From contig JBHGNT010000007.1 of NCBI GenBank assembly GCA_043228905.1, positions 2,046,001 to 2,110,000 on the forward strand: a stretch of DNA of 64,000 nucleotides, in the 5' to 3' direction. Of this stretch, positions 38,601-50,300 are shown in pieces. Positions within the stretch are counted from its first letter, which is position 1, and each line of letters starts with the position of its first letter. The DNA comes from Azolla caroliniana (taxonomy: Eukaryota; Plantae; Polypodiophyta). The notes beneath the pieces were generated by a model. That model was given only the letters and a program-made list of their open reading frames with translations. It ran no database searches and had not been told where the DNA came from. Both the position numbers and the translations under genes were made by a program.

Positions 38601-41027
38601 TACGTAGAAGCGGCTAAAAACGCGAATTGGCGTGCCGCGATGGAGGAAGAGATGCACGCATTGGCGGAGAACGAGACCTGGGACTTGGTTGACGCACCAA
38701 CAAGGGTAAAACCGATCGGGTGTAGGTGGGTGTACAAAGTCAAGTACAACACCGATGGCTCGGTCAACCGGTACAAGGCTTGACTAGTGGCAAAGGGCTA
38801 CGCGTAGAAACACGGCATCGACTACGATGAGACATTTGCGCCGGTCGCGAAAATGACGACCGTCCGTGCTTTACTCGCAGTAGCTGCTGCGAAGGGGTGG
38901 CACTTACATCAGATGGATGTAAAGAATGCGTTCCTGCAAGGTGACCTTGAGGAACAGGTGTACATGGTACAGCTCCCCGGATTTCACTCCGGAATGAACT
39001 CCTCGGCAGTATGCCGACTGAAGAAGTTCCTTTACGGACTGAAGCAAGCCCCGCGTGCCTGGAACACGAAGATCACGCAACAACTGCGTCGGATGGGCTT
39101 CGTCACGACAAAATCGGACTCTTCCCTGTTCATCCGGAAAGGTCGACTCGGACCGGTTAGTATTTTACTGTATGTTGATGACTTGGTCATGACCGGCGCC
39201 AACCTAGGTGAAATCGACTGCGTGAAGCTTCAGCTTGCGGCATCGTTCGACATGAAGGATCTGGGGGACCTTTATTACTTCCTCGGGATTGAAGTGATCC
39301 GTACCCCCGAAGGCATATTGATCAGCCAACGTCATTACGTGCTGGGTATGCTCTTCAAACTCGGGATGGCCGATTGTAAGTCCATCTCGACTCCTCTGGA
39401 CAGGACCATCAAGCTTCGTCTCGATACGGGAAAGGTATGCGACCCGACGAGGTTCCGACAAATTGTCGGAAGCCTCATATACTTGACCATCACCCGACCC
39501 GACCTCAGTTATCCGGCCGGGGTGATTAGTCAGTTCATGGCGCGACCTACCGAGGAGCACCTTCAGTGTGCGCGACGCATACTTCGGTATGTCAACGGCA
39601 CTAAGGACCGAGGACTGCTATATCGGACCAGTGCAGCCGCGCAGTTAGTCGGCTACACCGATGTTGATTGGGCTGGCAACGCCGTCGATCGCCGATCCAC
39701 GTTTGGATACGCGTTCTCCCTCGGGAGTGCCGCGATCGCGTGGAGCAGTAAGATGCAGCCGATAGTTGCACTGTCGAGCACTGAAGCTGAGTACCGAGGA
39801 GCGACATGCGAAGCCATATGGTTGAAGCGGCTACTTACGGACCTGCAAGAGGAGGTGTCAGATCCGACGACGATCTACTGCGACAACCTCAACAACATCC
39901 AGCTCGCGAAAAACCCCGTTTTCCACGCACGGACCAAGCACATTGAGGTGCATTACCATTTCGTCCGTGAGCGTGTCCTTTCCGGTGAAATCGAACTTCA
40001 GTACGTTCCGACGGATCGGCAGACTGCCGACATCTTCACCAAGCCTCTTGGTCTGGACAAGTTGCGGCAATTCTCAGGTGCGCTCGGGTTGCGTCACCTC
40101 GACGTGCCAAACTTGAGGGGGAGAACAGTCCCGAACGACCAAGCAAGGCAGCAGGAAAGGAGCGGAGACCGCGGCACCGAGTCCGAGTCGGTTGACTCGG
40201 TTGTCGAGTTCGACTTCGGATCGGCTGAAGAAGCCGAGGGCGGACCCACAAAAAAGTCCGAAAGCGGACAGAAGGGGAGCAGCCGAAGGAGAGAGCCGAA
40301 GCCAACCACACATAGGGGAGATGACGCAATCGAGGGCGAGAAGACCGAAGACGAGTTGGAGACAGCCAACTCGGACGAGAGCGAAAACCGATCGGAAGTA
40401 GCCGAGTCGGTTCGGATGTTTGATTCAGACATGTTGAATCAACCGAGGCCCAAGCGGAAGAAAAGGCAGCAGAAGAAGTATCGACACCGCAACAACAAAA
40501 GAGCTGATAAGGGTCACATGAGCAGACAAGCTGACCGTAAGGGTCGAAGCGCGCAGAGTCGAACAGGTCGAGGAGCGCGAGCGAGGCGTGAAGCTAGGAG
40601 GAACCGGAGCTGTGAAGATCCCGAAGAGCCTCAAGTTGAGCTTGAGGGGGAGTGTTGAGAGACAAGCTCAACATCGGCCGGATTGGCTGAAGAAGTCGAG
40701 GACCGGATCGGCTGGGACCGATCGGTTAGGCCGTTAGGAAAGATATTCCGTCAGGAATATATTAGGGAGTTAGTGTAGGAGCTCTTAATGAGCATTGAAG
40801 TACTGTCAGTGCTCCAGTCAGTCCTTCTAGGGCTTGTACAAAGTGTTCATTGAACACATATATGTATAGTTTTTTGTCTTTCAAAATATACTCTCCTTTT
40901 TTGGTGTCTTCTCTCAACTCTCTCGGTCTCTCCCACGTATACTGTGTAAGCTCAAGCTCTCCATTAAACCTGAGTGTTCTCCCTTCTGTTCTGTCTTTAT
41001 ACTTGCTTCCGCACGCTACTTTTTACA
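35668..41027 (+). mobile_element. Ty1/copia element C, near complete; 5'LTR truncated (35668-35759), 3'LTR 40653-41027
   Basis: PBS TGGTATCAGAG at 35760; gag EKLDRTNYASWSYKM, WYVDSGASNH, LWHKRIGH, RSDGGKEY, YVDD, KHIEVHYHF; PPT GAGGGGGAG at 40644-40652; a few in-frame stops. Confidence 0.95.
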
Positions 41028-42673
41028 GATAGTTTGGAGTCTGTGGACTCCCGTGGTTTTTCCCTCTCAGGGTTTTCCACGTTAACATCCTGTGTATTCT
41101 CTTTCTGTTTTGCATACTTACCTCATTCCCATTTCTTCTGTGTTTGATCATCATCAAGTGATCTACCCTTCGGTTGTGGCCGGAGATTATTCCGCATATT
41201 TCTCGACAAGTTTCCCACGACGAAGGGAGACTACTCATAAGCAACATTGCTTTTAGTTCATCCTCGATGATCATCCCTGAGCTGCAATTTGAGAGCTTAG
41301 ACTTTCATACTCGTTTAAATGTGCCTAGACTGAATTGGATTCCTTCATCCGAAGATTGTAGAGACGCCAAATCAAGAATATCTTCGTGGCGGCGACTTTC
41401 TTTTCGTAAGTGTCCGATAGTGTCTTCCATAGTTGGAAGGCTGTGTTACACGATTGCACCGTGAAATATACAGATTCTGTTACGTGCATCTGAATTGTGG
41501 CGCAAATGATTCTGTCCAACTTCTGCCACTCGATTGGTTTGTATCCTTTTGGAGGATCTTCATTCTCAATGGGGTCAATCTGGCCCTTGACTATCAAGTA
41601 GTCTTGCATTTGCTCCTTCCAGAAATTGAAGCTCGATCCATCGAACTTCTGTAGGCTCATCTCTGACGAGCCGGATGTTGAAGCCATGAGTGTTGGTATA
41701 ATAGACTTTGTCCTGAGTTAGCTACGAACTGTGGTGGAGTGCGACAACGTAGCCCACTCAATGTCGTTCTAGCCGAAGTTGAACACAAGTCATTTTGATT
41801 ACGAAGAACCGTGAATCCTGTTTAGAGTGACTACAGTCAACTGACTTAGTCGAATTGAACCAGGATTTGATGATTCGATTTCTTTGAAATCTCCCACCAC
41901 CGATTCTATGCAATACTCCAGGACAATCCTGTTTCGGTTGACTGCAACGATGAGAGAGACGAAACCAACTGGTCCTCCCGAATGTCGTCCAACCAAATGA
42001 AACACGGATTGGGGTTGCCCTTGGAGTCGTGTTTGCTTCAGGTGACTACAACGAGTAGGAGAGTAGCGTCAAATGGCCTATACAATTTCCGCGTAGTCGA
42101 TTGAAGCAATGATTTGGCCTAATCAAGACAGAAGTCCCACTCCGAATGGCTATGACCACAAAATGAGAGTGATCTAGAACAATGAAGTGCTGACTTTGTC
42201 ACGTTTCTCTTTGCAAGAACAATCTCGTTGTGATTTGCCTGCCGTGACTAGCTAAGATCTTCAGAATACACGAAGAAGAGTTTTCAGAGGCTAAGATAGA
42301 AGGCGACAGCAAGCTCGAACAAAAATAGGGCTTTGATACCAGATGTTGGGAATGGTGCAGAACTTAAGCGAAACTCTTCTATATGATGATCATGAAGTGG
42401 TGTATGTAGACAGAAAGATCAATGGCAGATGGAAACCTTAAACAAGATGCTGCAGAGCACACAAGAGAGAGAGAGAGAAAGGCACAACAAACTAGTTGTA
42501 TATTAGGTAATAGAACAAAGAGCAACCATCATGTTTAACTAGGTTACAAAGTTAGTTTATATACTGACTAACTTAGGGCAACTGCCCTTCTCAGTATTTA
42601 CACAAATAGTCTAAGCCTAGTGTGTACAAAAGGAGACAATGTGAATACGTCCATTAGACACCCGTATTCAACA

Positions 42674-43424
42674 CGCAACCTACCATTCTCGGACGGAAGA
42701 TATCCCACGGAGATACCACTGAATCCGGGAGAGAGTAGAAGATCAAGAGTTCGTGCTGATGAAGATCCACACGAAGGAGAACGGGTCTAACATGCTGGCC
42801 AAGGTACTGACAACCGACAAGCTAGACGTGTGTCGAGAGCGGATCGGGCTGACGAGACATCCCATGCCGGAGTGAAGGGGGAGATTTTTGGGAAATCGGT
42901 CTCTCTGGATGGGACCCGGTGATGAATAAAGAAGATCCAATGAGAACCAGAAGTGTTCCGGTGAGAACCGAAAACCGGATCGGATGAACCCAGTAAGAAC
43001 CGAATGAGAGACATATTCGTAAATATGTCTTGAGCAAGCCTATTGAGGCTATATTTGTAAATAGCCCTAAGTTCATATAAGTATAAATATGACTTAGGGC
43101 AATCACTTTTGGTGTTGTATTGTTGTCATATTGCTGTAACTGTTGTACAGAGATACATACAGAGAGAGAGAGTGAGATACAGAAAATACTCTATTGTAAC
43201 TGCCGGTTGGCGAAGAAACAGAGCTCGAAGTCGTTGCCTCCGAGTCTTTGATTGTATCCTCCTTTCTTCATAGTTATACTTGGAGTCAGTGGGCTCCCGT
43301 GGTTTTTTCCCATTCAGGGTTTTCCACGTAAACATCCTGTGACATTTCTGTGTACTCTCTCATTCATTCATTTTTGTGATTCAAGACTCGGTTGTGGCCG
43401 AGCAATATTCCACGATTCTCAACA
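42674..43424 (+). mobile_element. 3' end of copia family B element: RNaseH tail, PPT, LTR ~42886-43424
   Basis: ATYHSRT..RYH*IRERVE..KIHTKENGSNML.K.L..DKL..CRERIGL; PPT GAAGGGGGAG; LTR ends TCAACA. Confidence 0.85.
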
Positions 43425-44465
43425 TATTTCATCTTTTGTTTTATATAACTTCTTTTTCACTCTCTCTATCTCTCTGATTCGTCTTGCATACACACATAAC
43501 TCATCCGTTGCATCACCTAGGTCTCTTATATCTTTACATGGTATCAAAGCATGTGGTTGTTTGATCAAAACTGCTCAACTATGTTGTGCTACACACTGAC
43601 AATCAATAGAACCAGTTCAACAGCAGAGAAGAGAACTACACCATGAATACTCAAATGGGAAGTGCTCTTCCCAAAGAGAAGCTTGACAAGACAAAATTTG
43701 CATCTTGGGAATACAAGATGCATGCATACCTTGTCGGTCGAGGTTGTTGTATTTCCATCAGAGGAGCTCACCTAGGATGGGAGCAAGCGGCCAGTTGCGT
43801 GTTATACTATTTAGCATCATGCGTTCATGATCACATGCTCGGTTATATATCCGAGAGACAAAAATACGAAAAGATGCTTGGGGAAACCTTAAGAAGATTT
43901 TCGCAGCCAACACAACCGCATGCAAGCTTCAACTTTCACCACAGTTGATTCAGCAAAGGAACATGTGAATCATTAACTACTCCTTGAAGATCAAGGAGCT
44001 GCGTGACACCATTGGATTGATCAATGTCATCATTGATGATGAAATAGTGCAAATATTCCTTGGTGGCTTAGCACCACGATTCAACACGATCAGATCGGCC
44101 ATTCTTGTTAGGGAGAAGTCACCCTACTTTTCTGACCTTCAATCCATACTCCCAGTTGAGAAAACTCATGTCTGGCCAAGAAGCAATGGGCCAGATGGTC
44201 AAATGCTCTACTCCCAATTGGATGAGGGAAGATGATTCGGCCGAGGAAACAGAGGCCAATTCAGACAAGGTCAACAGGGTCAGCCGACCTGAGAACACAA
44301 TTCCCACCATTGGCAGGAGACCAACAATACTCAAAGGGAGTTCAGTAGAGGGGGAGCCATCCTGTTGGACCAAGCCATCAAAAAAACCCAATCGAATGCG
44401 GGTACTGTGGAAAACTCAGCCTCTATGAAGAGGAGTGTATAAAGAAGAAATGAGATTCGGCTTCG
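43425..44465 (+). mobile_element. Decayed copia fragment E (C/D family): LTR 3' end, PBS, gag
   Basis: TTTACA + TGGTATCAAAGC (43539-43550); MNTQMGSALPKEKLDKTKFASWEYKMH; multiple frameshifts. Confidence 0.85.
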
Positions 44466-44605
44466 TGCAACAAAGACAAAGACTAACCCTCTATGCAAGC
44501 TTTGAAGTGAGCCAAAGAACAAAGGAAACGAACACATTAGCAGAAAGATGCATACAAAATAGTGTTTGTCCTTCTCCAACCTCTCTCTTTATATGAGGGA
44601 AGTGT

Positions 44606-44652
<47 letters not shown>

Positions 44653-44909
44653 AGTATTTTATTATGGTAATTACCTTACCCTATTGGTAAGTTATTAATA
44701 TTACAAGCATTGTGTTTTGTGTTCGAAGCCCAATTTTCTCACCTCTCTATTATATACTTCACATATATCTCTTAATTCACTAGATGCCATTGTGGAATGT
44801 AGGGGTTGAATGGTTCATTGGGCCATCTCTCATGCTCACTGTCTTAGAAGGATAGAACAAGTGTGTGTGAAAGACTGTGTATGTGACAAGTTGTGAATAC
44901 TACACACAT

Positions 44910-45010
44910 TGAATGGGTAAATATCCCATTTTTTGTTCTAAACCATTTGTCTCATGGGCCAAATTTGGCCATAGAAGACGTTTAAAATATATCTTTCTTT
45001 CTTTCTTTCT
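44910..45010 (+). mobile_element. ~100-bp terminal fragment of the LINE family (3' end + (CTTT)n tail)
   Basis: tgaatgggtaaatatcccattttttgttctaaaccatttgtctcatgggccaaatttggcc..agaagacg..tctttctttc matches the reverse complement of ~1820-1915. Confidence 0.9.
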
Positions 45011-45169
45011 CTCTCAACACTTCTTAGTCTCCTCTACCTGTATCATATGCCTACACTTACATTCACACTCATAACCATACACATACACACAACAACATTA
45101 AGTATCTTCACCCTCGCTCATCACACTCAACTCTCCATACATCTCGTATGGTAACACTTATCGGCGGCC

Positions 45170-45486
45170 ACCATTGTGTGCCAATCCGCCTCGTCCTCCA
45201 CGCCCACGGGGCCGATCTGCCTTGTGTACAACATCCGGTTGTCCGATTGAGTGGTACTTGATCCACTCGTGTGGTTCTCTTTAACCATTAGCATTGATTG
45301 CAAATCGAAGAAGGTTGGTGGTTTCTCCCAGGTGCATATCGCTGTCTAGATTGGCCCGTACCTTTGCGCTAGAACACCAAGGCAGATTTGCACCATCTTG
45401 TCTTCGTCCACCGTCACGTTGATGGACCCTAATGTGTCACAGATCTCCTTTATCTTCATGTTGTAGTCCGTCATGGACATATCCTT
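45170..45486 (-). mobile_element. Copia gag fragment (C/D family)
   Basis: KDMSMTDYNMKIKEICDTLGSINV.VDEDKMVQICLG...PTFFDLQSML. Confidence 0.8.
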
Positions 45487-47275
45487 GGGGATAAGCAGGT
45501 TCATATCTTGCTCTATGCGGATGGCATAGTTTTGCTCTCTGAATCCGAACACGACCTACGAAGGCACCTTAATGCCTTAGATGACTTTTGTGCACAACGA
45601 GGATTGGTAGTGAATCTAGGGAAAACTAAAGTCCTTATCTTCCACACATCGGCCCAAGTTAGAGCTAAGTGTCACCTAACTATCTCCCATAGCCCAGTTG
45701 AGGTGGTTAGATCATACATCTATCTCAGAGTCACTTTTAGTGCTCGCTCAGGTAAATTTTCGATGACAAAGGCGGGGAAGGATAGACTTACGAGAGGACA
45801 TGCATCCTCTCACTCCTAGAGAGACAATGCCACCAAGCATACTTTCAAGAGCCAAAGACTAAAGGGTGGCTCTTTGACTCATTAGTGACCCCCTCCCTCA
45901 TGTATGCATCAGCGGTTTGGGCTCTAGGATTACCATCTTTCATGTGGATGCAATTAGAGAGACCATTGGTGATGATGTTATCACGCCAACTCTGAAGCAA
46001 ATCGATAGTACCAGATGACATTATTAGGGTTGAGTTCACGTTACCCCCAATGTTTGTAGAGGCACTTTTCCAACTTGTAGTCTTTATTCATAGGATACAT
46101 AGCCAACCACATGATAGAATATCTCATCAAGCCTTTAAGGCCTCTCGATCATTGTATGAGTCCGGCTATACTAGCTCATGGTATGGCATGATGGTGAGTT
46201 GGCTTCTTACAAATGGTCTAGACATTAATAACCTACCTCCCCTTAGGTACAACCACACGATTGGTAACACTTTAATCTCTCATGAGGACCGCAATAAAGT
46301 AATACGCCAAGAAATATGGCAAATTTACACTCGGCATAAATGGATCACCCCACGAGAGTCACTCCCATCTAAAATGTTGTACTATAAGGAACACTTCATG
46401 CACTTCTCTGAGTTAGGTTTTATCACGCGGCCAAAATATCTAGATGTATTCTTACCACATGCACTAAGGGTTGCCTTTGGACAACTTAGAATATCATCTC
46501 ACCAACTTGAGATTGAGAATGGCCGTACTAATGGAGTCCCTAAGGAGGAAAGGATATGTAGGTTATGTCACATAGAGATAGAAGATGAGTATCACTTTAC
46601 ATGCAAGTGCCCAACCTACGCCGAGATAAGGGCAAAATACCAAGACATACTTGGTTCCTCTCCCACCCTCCCCAAACTATTAGATACTCTAGATATAAAG
46701 AAATTAGGCAAATACATTCTAGAGCTAAAACAACACAGAGAGAATAAGTTACAAAATGTTGAAAATAATGTTGCTAATGTTCACCAACATGTAACAAATG
46801 AAGTTTTTCAGGAACAGGGGGAGACAATGAATGTCAACACACTTGCACCACTCGTCCTTTCCCTTGATGAGGCAGAAAACCAAAGAACCAGACGTCCTCG
46901 GGTGCCGGATTTCAAAGCAACTCGATGTGGTGTGGAAGCAATAATGAAAATAAGGTGTTGAGAATCAAGCTCAACTTGGTCTAGTGTGTGAACTCACCTT
47001 GAGAGTGACTAGACACTCCAACGGTCAAGAGTCACCATTAAGTTACCACTTTGTATTCTAGCATTTAGTATGAGTCATAGAATCATATTCTATGACACAT
47101 AACTTATGAGCTTTCACATTCCCCATGCTCCATGAGTCTTGTAGTGAATGAAGAGAGAGGGTGACTATATAAATCACCCTCCTCCCACCTTGTATAGTGT
47201 TGAGTCTTTCTCATTTGTTAATATACTTTACCTTGCGTATACTCTGTGTGTGTGTGTGTCTCTCTCTCTCTATCT

Positions 47276-47314
<39 letters not shown>

Positions 47315-50300
47315 CACACCTATTCCGCTTCACAAGAATTCATCTCTTGATTCTTTACATGGTATTAGAGCGATTTGGTAGCTCGATCTAGCCCATTCGC
47401 CTCATCGTGATCGTGTGTTGTGCTCCACGCCGACGACCAAGAACCGGCTCATCACTATCGTAGCTTTGCTACATAGCACGCATTCGAAGAGAGAAGAAGA
47501 AGAAGAAGAATCGACATAATGAATACTCAAATGGGGAGCGCTCTCCCTACCGAGAAGTTGGATCGAAACAACTTCGCATCTTGGGAGTACAAGATGCACC
47601 AATACCTTGTCGGACAAGGCTATTGGAGCTACATGAAAGGAGCACATGAAGACCGACCCGCCGAAGCGGCTCCTGGATACACGACATGGGAGCAAGCCAC
47701 AAGCCACGTGATGTATTGTTTGGCAACATGTGTTCACGACCACATGCTCGGTTACATTCGAGAAGCCAAGATGCCGAAGGAAGCGTGGGAAAATCTATGA
47801 AAGATTTTCGCGGCGAACACAACCGCAAGAAGGCTTCAACTCCGCCAAGAGTTGAAAAACATTCAACAAAGGGACATGTCCATCACGACATACACCTTGA
47901 AGATCAAGGAGCTTTGCAACTCGCTCGGCTCAATAAGCGTAAGTATAGATGATGATGAGATGGTGCAAATATGCCTCAGCGGCCTCGCACCACGGTTCGG
48001 CGCGATGCGAACCGCCGTTCTAGCACGGGAGAAATCTCCCTCCTTCTTCGAGCTCCAATCAATGCTATTGGTTGAAGAAAACCACGTGCGTACAAGGAGC
48101 AATGAGTCGGAAGGCCACATGCTCTACACGCAGTCTAATGGAGGAAGAGGACGCGGATGAGAGAGAGGCCGATTCGGCCAAGGACAAGGTGGACGAGGTT
48201 CGACCTACGACAACAACTCCCAATTTCAGCCGCAAAACGGAGGCCAACGAGGAACCTTCACAAGAAGGGGGAGCTTCCACTCCGGCCGAGCCGTCAAAAC
48301 GCAACTGAATGCGGATATTGCGGAAAGCTCGGCCACCACGAAGAAGAATGCCGAAAGAAGATGCGTGAATCGGCTTCCACAAGCCGAGAACTCACGAATT
48401 ACGCGCACAATTCCAACTATGAAGAGTATAGCAGAATGTATGGGAACAACTCTGACTACGAAGATCGTGGCGGAATGTATGCACGCAACTCCGACCGTGG
48501 CGGAATGTTCATGATGAAGCATAGAGCAAACTCTATGTCGGCCTCTACCTCAACTAGTGCCCTCAATCCGGAGGACGTATGGTTTGTTGACTCCGGAGCC
48601 TCAAACCATATGACATCTCATAAAGAATGGTTTCTCGAACTTCGAGAGCCGAAGCGACCCAACTATATCGAAACCGGAGATGACACTACGCACCCGATTC
48701 GGCACATCGGCAATGTTCCGTTCGGCGAAAGAGGTAAGCAAACATACATTAAAAATGTCTTGCATGTTCCCACCATCACGAAGAATTTGGTCTCGGTTGG
48801 CCAAATGGTTGAACAAAGGATGCAAGTACGATTCGACCAAGAAGGATGCTTCCTCGAAAAAGAAGGCCGAATCATCGCACGCGGAAGAAGAGAGGGCCAG
48901 ATGTTCATTCTTGATTCACACGAGATGAAATCCGCCCTGTTTGCAAAAATCACGAAAGCCAACTCCGACATAGAGCTATGGCACAAGCGAATCAGCCACA
49001 TCAATCTCAACAAACTCAAAGCAATGAAATTGAAAGGAGTCGTCATTAGATTCCCGACATTTAAAGAGAAGGAGATTGAAGGTGTATGCGAAGCGTGCCA
49101 ATTCGGTAAGCAACACCGACACCCATTCCCAAAAGAGCGGAACGTGAGCAAAGGTCTACTCAACGTAGTCCATTCCGACGTATGGGGACCGACACAGACG
49201 GCTACATTCGGCGGATGCCAATATTACGTGCTCTTCATCGACGACTTCTCTAGGCACACTTGGATCTACCCGATGCGGCAAAAGAGCGAAGTGTTCGGAC
49301 ACTTCCAAACATTCAAGAATGAAGTCGAGAAAGCTACGGGCCGACATGTACGTTGTCTTCGATTGGATGGTGGCAAGGAGTACTTCTCGGACGATTTCAC
49401 GGCGTATCTCCGAAAGGAAGGAATTCGGCGAGAATTCACTTGCCGACACACTCCGCAACAAAACGGAGTAGCCGAACGCAAAAATCGGCACATCCTCGAA
49501 GTAGCGCAGTCCATGATGAACGAGAAGCATATGCCCAAGTCATATGGGGCCGAAGCTACAAATACGGCCATCTACCTAATGAACCGGTGCACAACATCCG
49601 GCGTGCACTAGGTCACTCCGCACGGAAAATAATTCGAAAGGAAGCCGGATTTATCGCACATCCAGATATTTGGCGCGATAGCGTACGTGCACATCCCCGA
49701 CGAGAAGCGTCAAAAGCTTGACCCGAAGTCGGAGAAATGTATCCTCGTAGGATACTCATTGGAGCAAAAGGGGTACAAGTGCTACAACCCCTCAACTCGA
49801 AAATCTTGAGTAAGTCGAGACGTCGTATTTGACGAGTCTGCATCCTGGTACGCACCAGAGACAACTCTGACTCCGACTCCGCTCGATCCGGAATCCATCG
49901 AACCAGAGATAGAGGATGAAGATCGCCATACATGCATGTTCGAAGAAAGTCCGATCACGACCCGACTGAGAGGACCACAAGAGCCTTTGAGCGATCAATG
50001 CACATAATAGCCTAGCCCGAAGATGGACAAAGGCAAGGCAAAAATGTCGGAATACAAAGACGATTGATTGAACGACGATGAGTCGACTCACTCACTCGAT
50101 AGTGAGTTCGGCGGTTTCGAGGTACCAATCGGAGCTAAGAAAGCCCTCATCTCTGCAAATGAAAAGCTCCGCCGATCCACCCGTGAAAAGAACCCCATAA
50201 GCCGATTCGGCTACAATGATTATATGGCGTACCATTACGCCTTTATGATGAAGGTAGCGACAGTACGGGAGCCGGAAACCTTTTCAGAAGCCGCGAAGGA

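Larger units (their letters stand above)
35156..41208 (+). mobile_element. Solo LTR of copia family B (35156-~35662 and 41028-41208), itself interrupted by element C
   Basis: TG...CA ends, perfect TSD AGTTT (35151-35155 / 41209-41213); removing it restores element A gag LPSSWET|FVTTVCNAS; both halves match LTR 42886-43424. Confidence 0.88.
31238..42673 (-). mobile_element. Ty1/copia element A (Tnt1-like gag), decayed, gag interrupted by insertion 35156-41208
   Basis: 5'LTR 42344-42673, PBS TGGTATCAAAGC 42330-42341, gag from 41687 (KFDGSSFNFWKEQMQDYL), protease WLLDSGATFH, integrase LWHGRLGH..CEHC, RT KSLYGLKQAPRQW, RNaseH YTDSDFA..KHIDVQYHF, PPT 31392-31398, short 3'LTR 31238-31391. Confidence 0.92.

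Noticed and set aside
36203-40634. Many overlapping antisense ORFs in copia C, and similarly in D
   Set aside because: Expected shadows of GC-rich coding sequence; no recognisable motifs
40113-40658. env-like gene in copia C
   Set aside because: The extension is hydrophilic with no transmembrane segment or signal peptide and is fused to pol
31233-42678. GGCAA/CGCAA as the TSD of element A
   Set aside because: One mismatch, and the right 5-mer is part of family B RNaseH with no continuation on the left; likely coincidence
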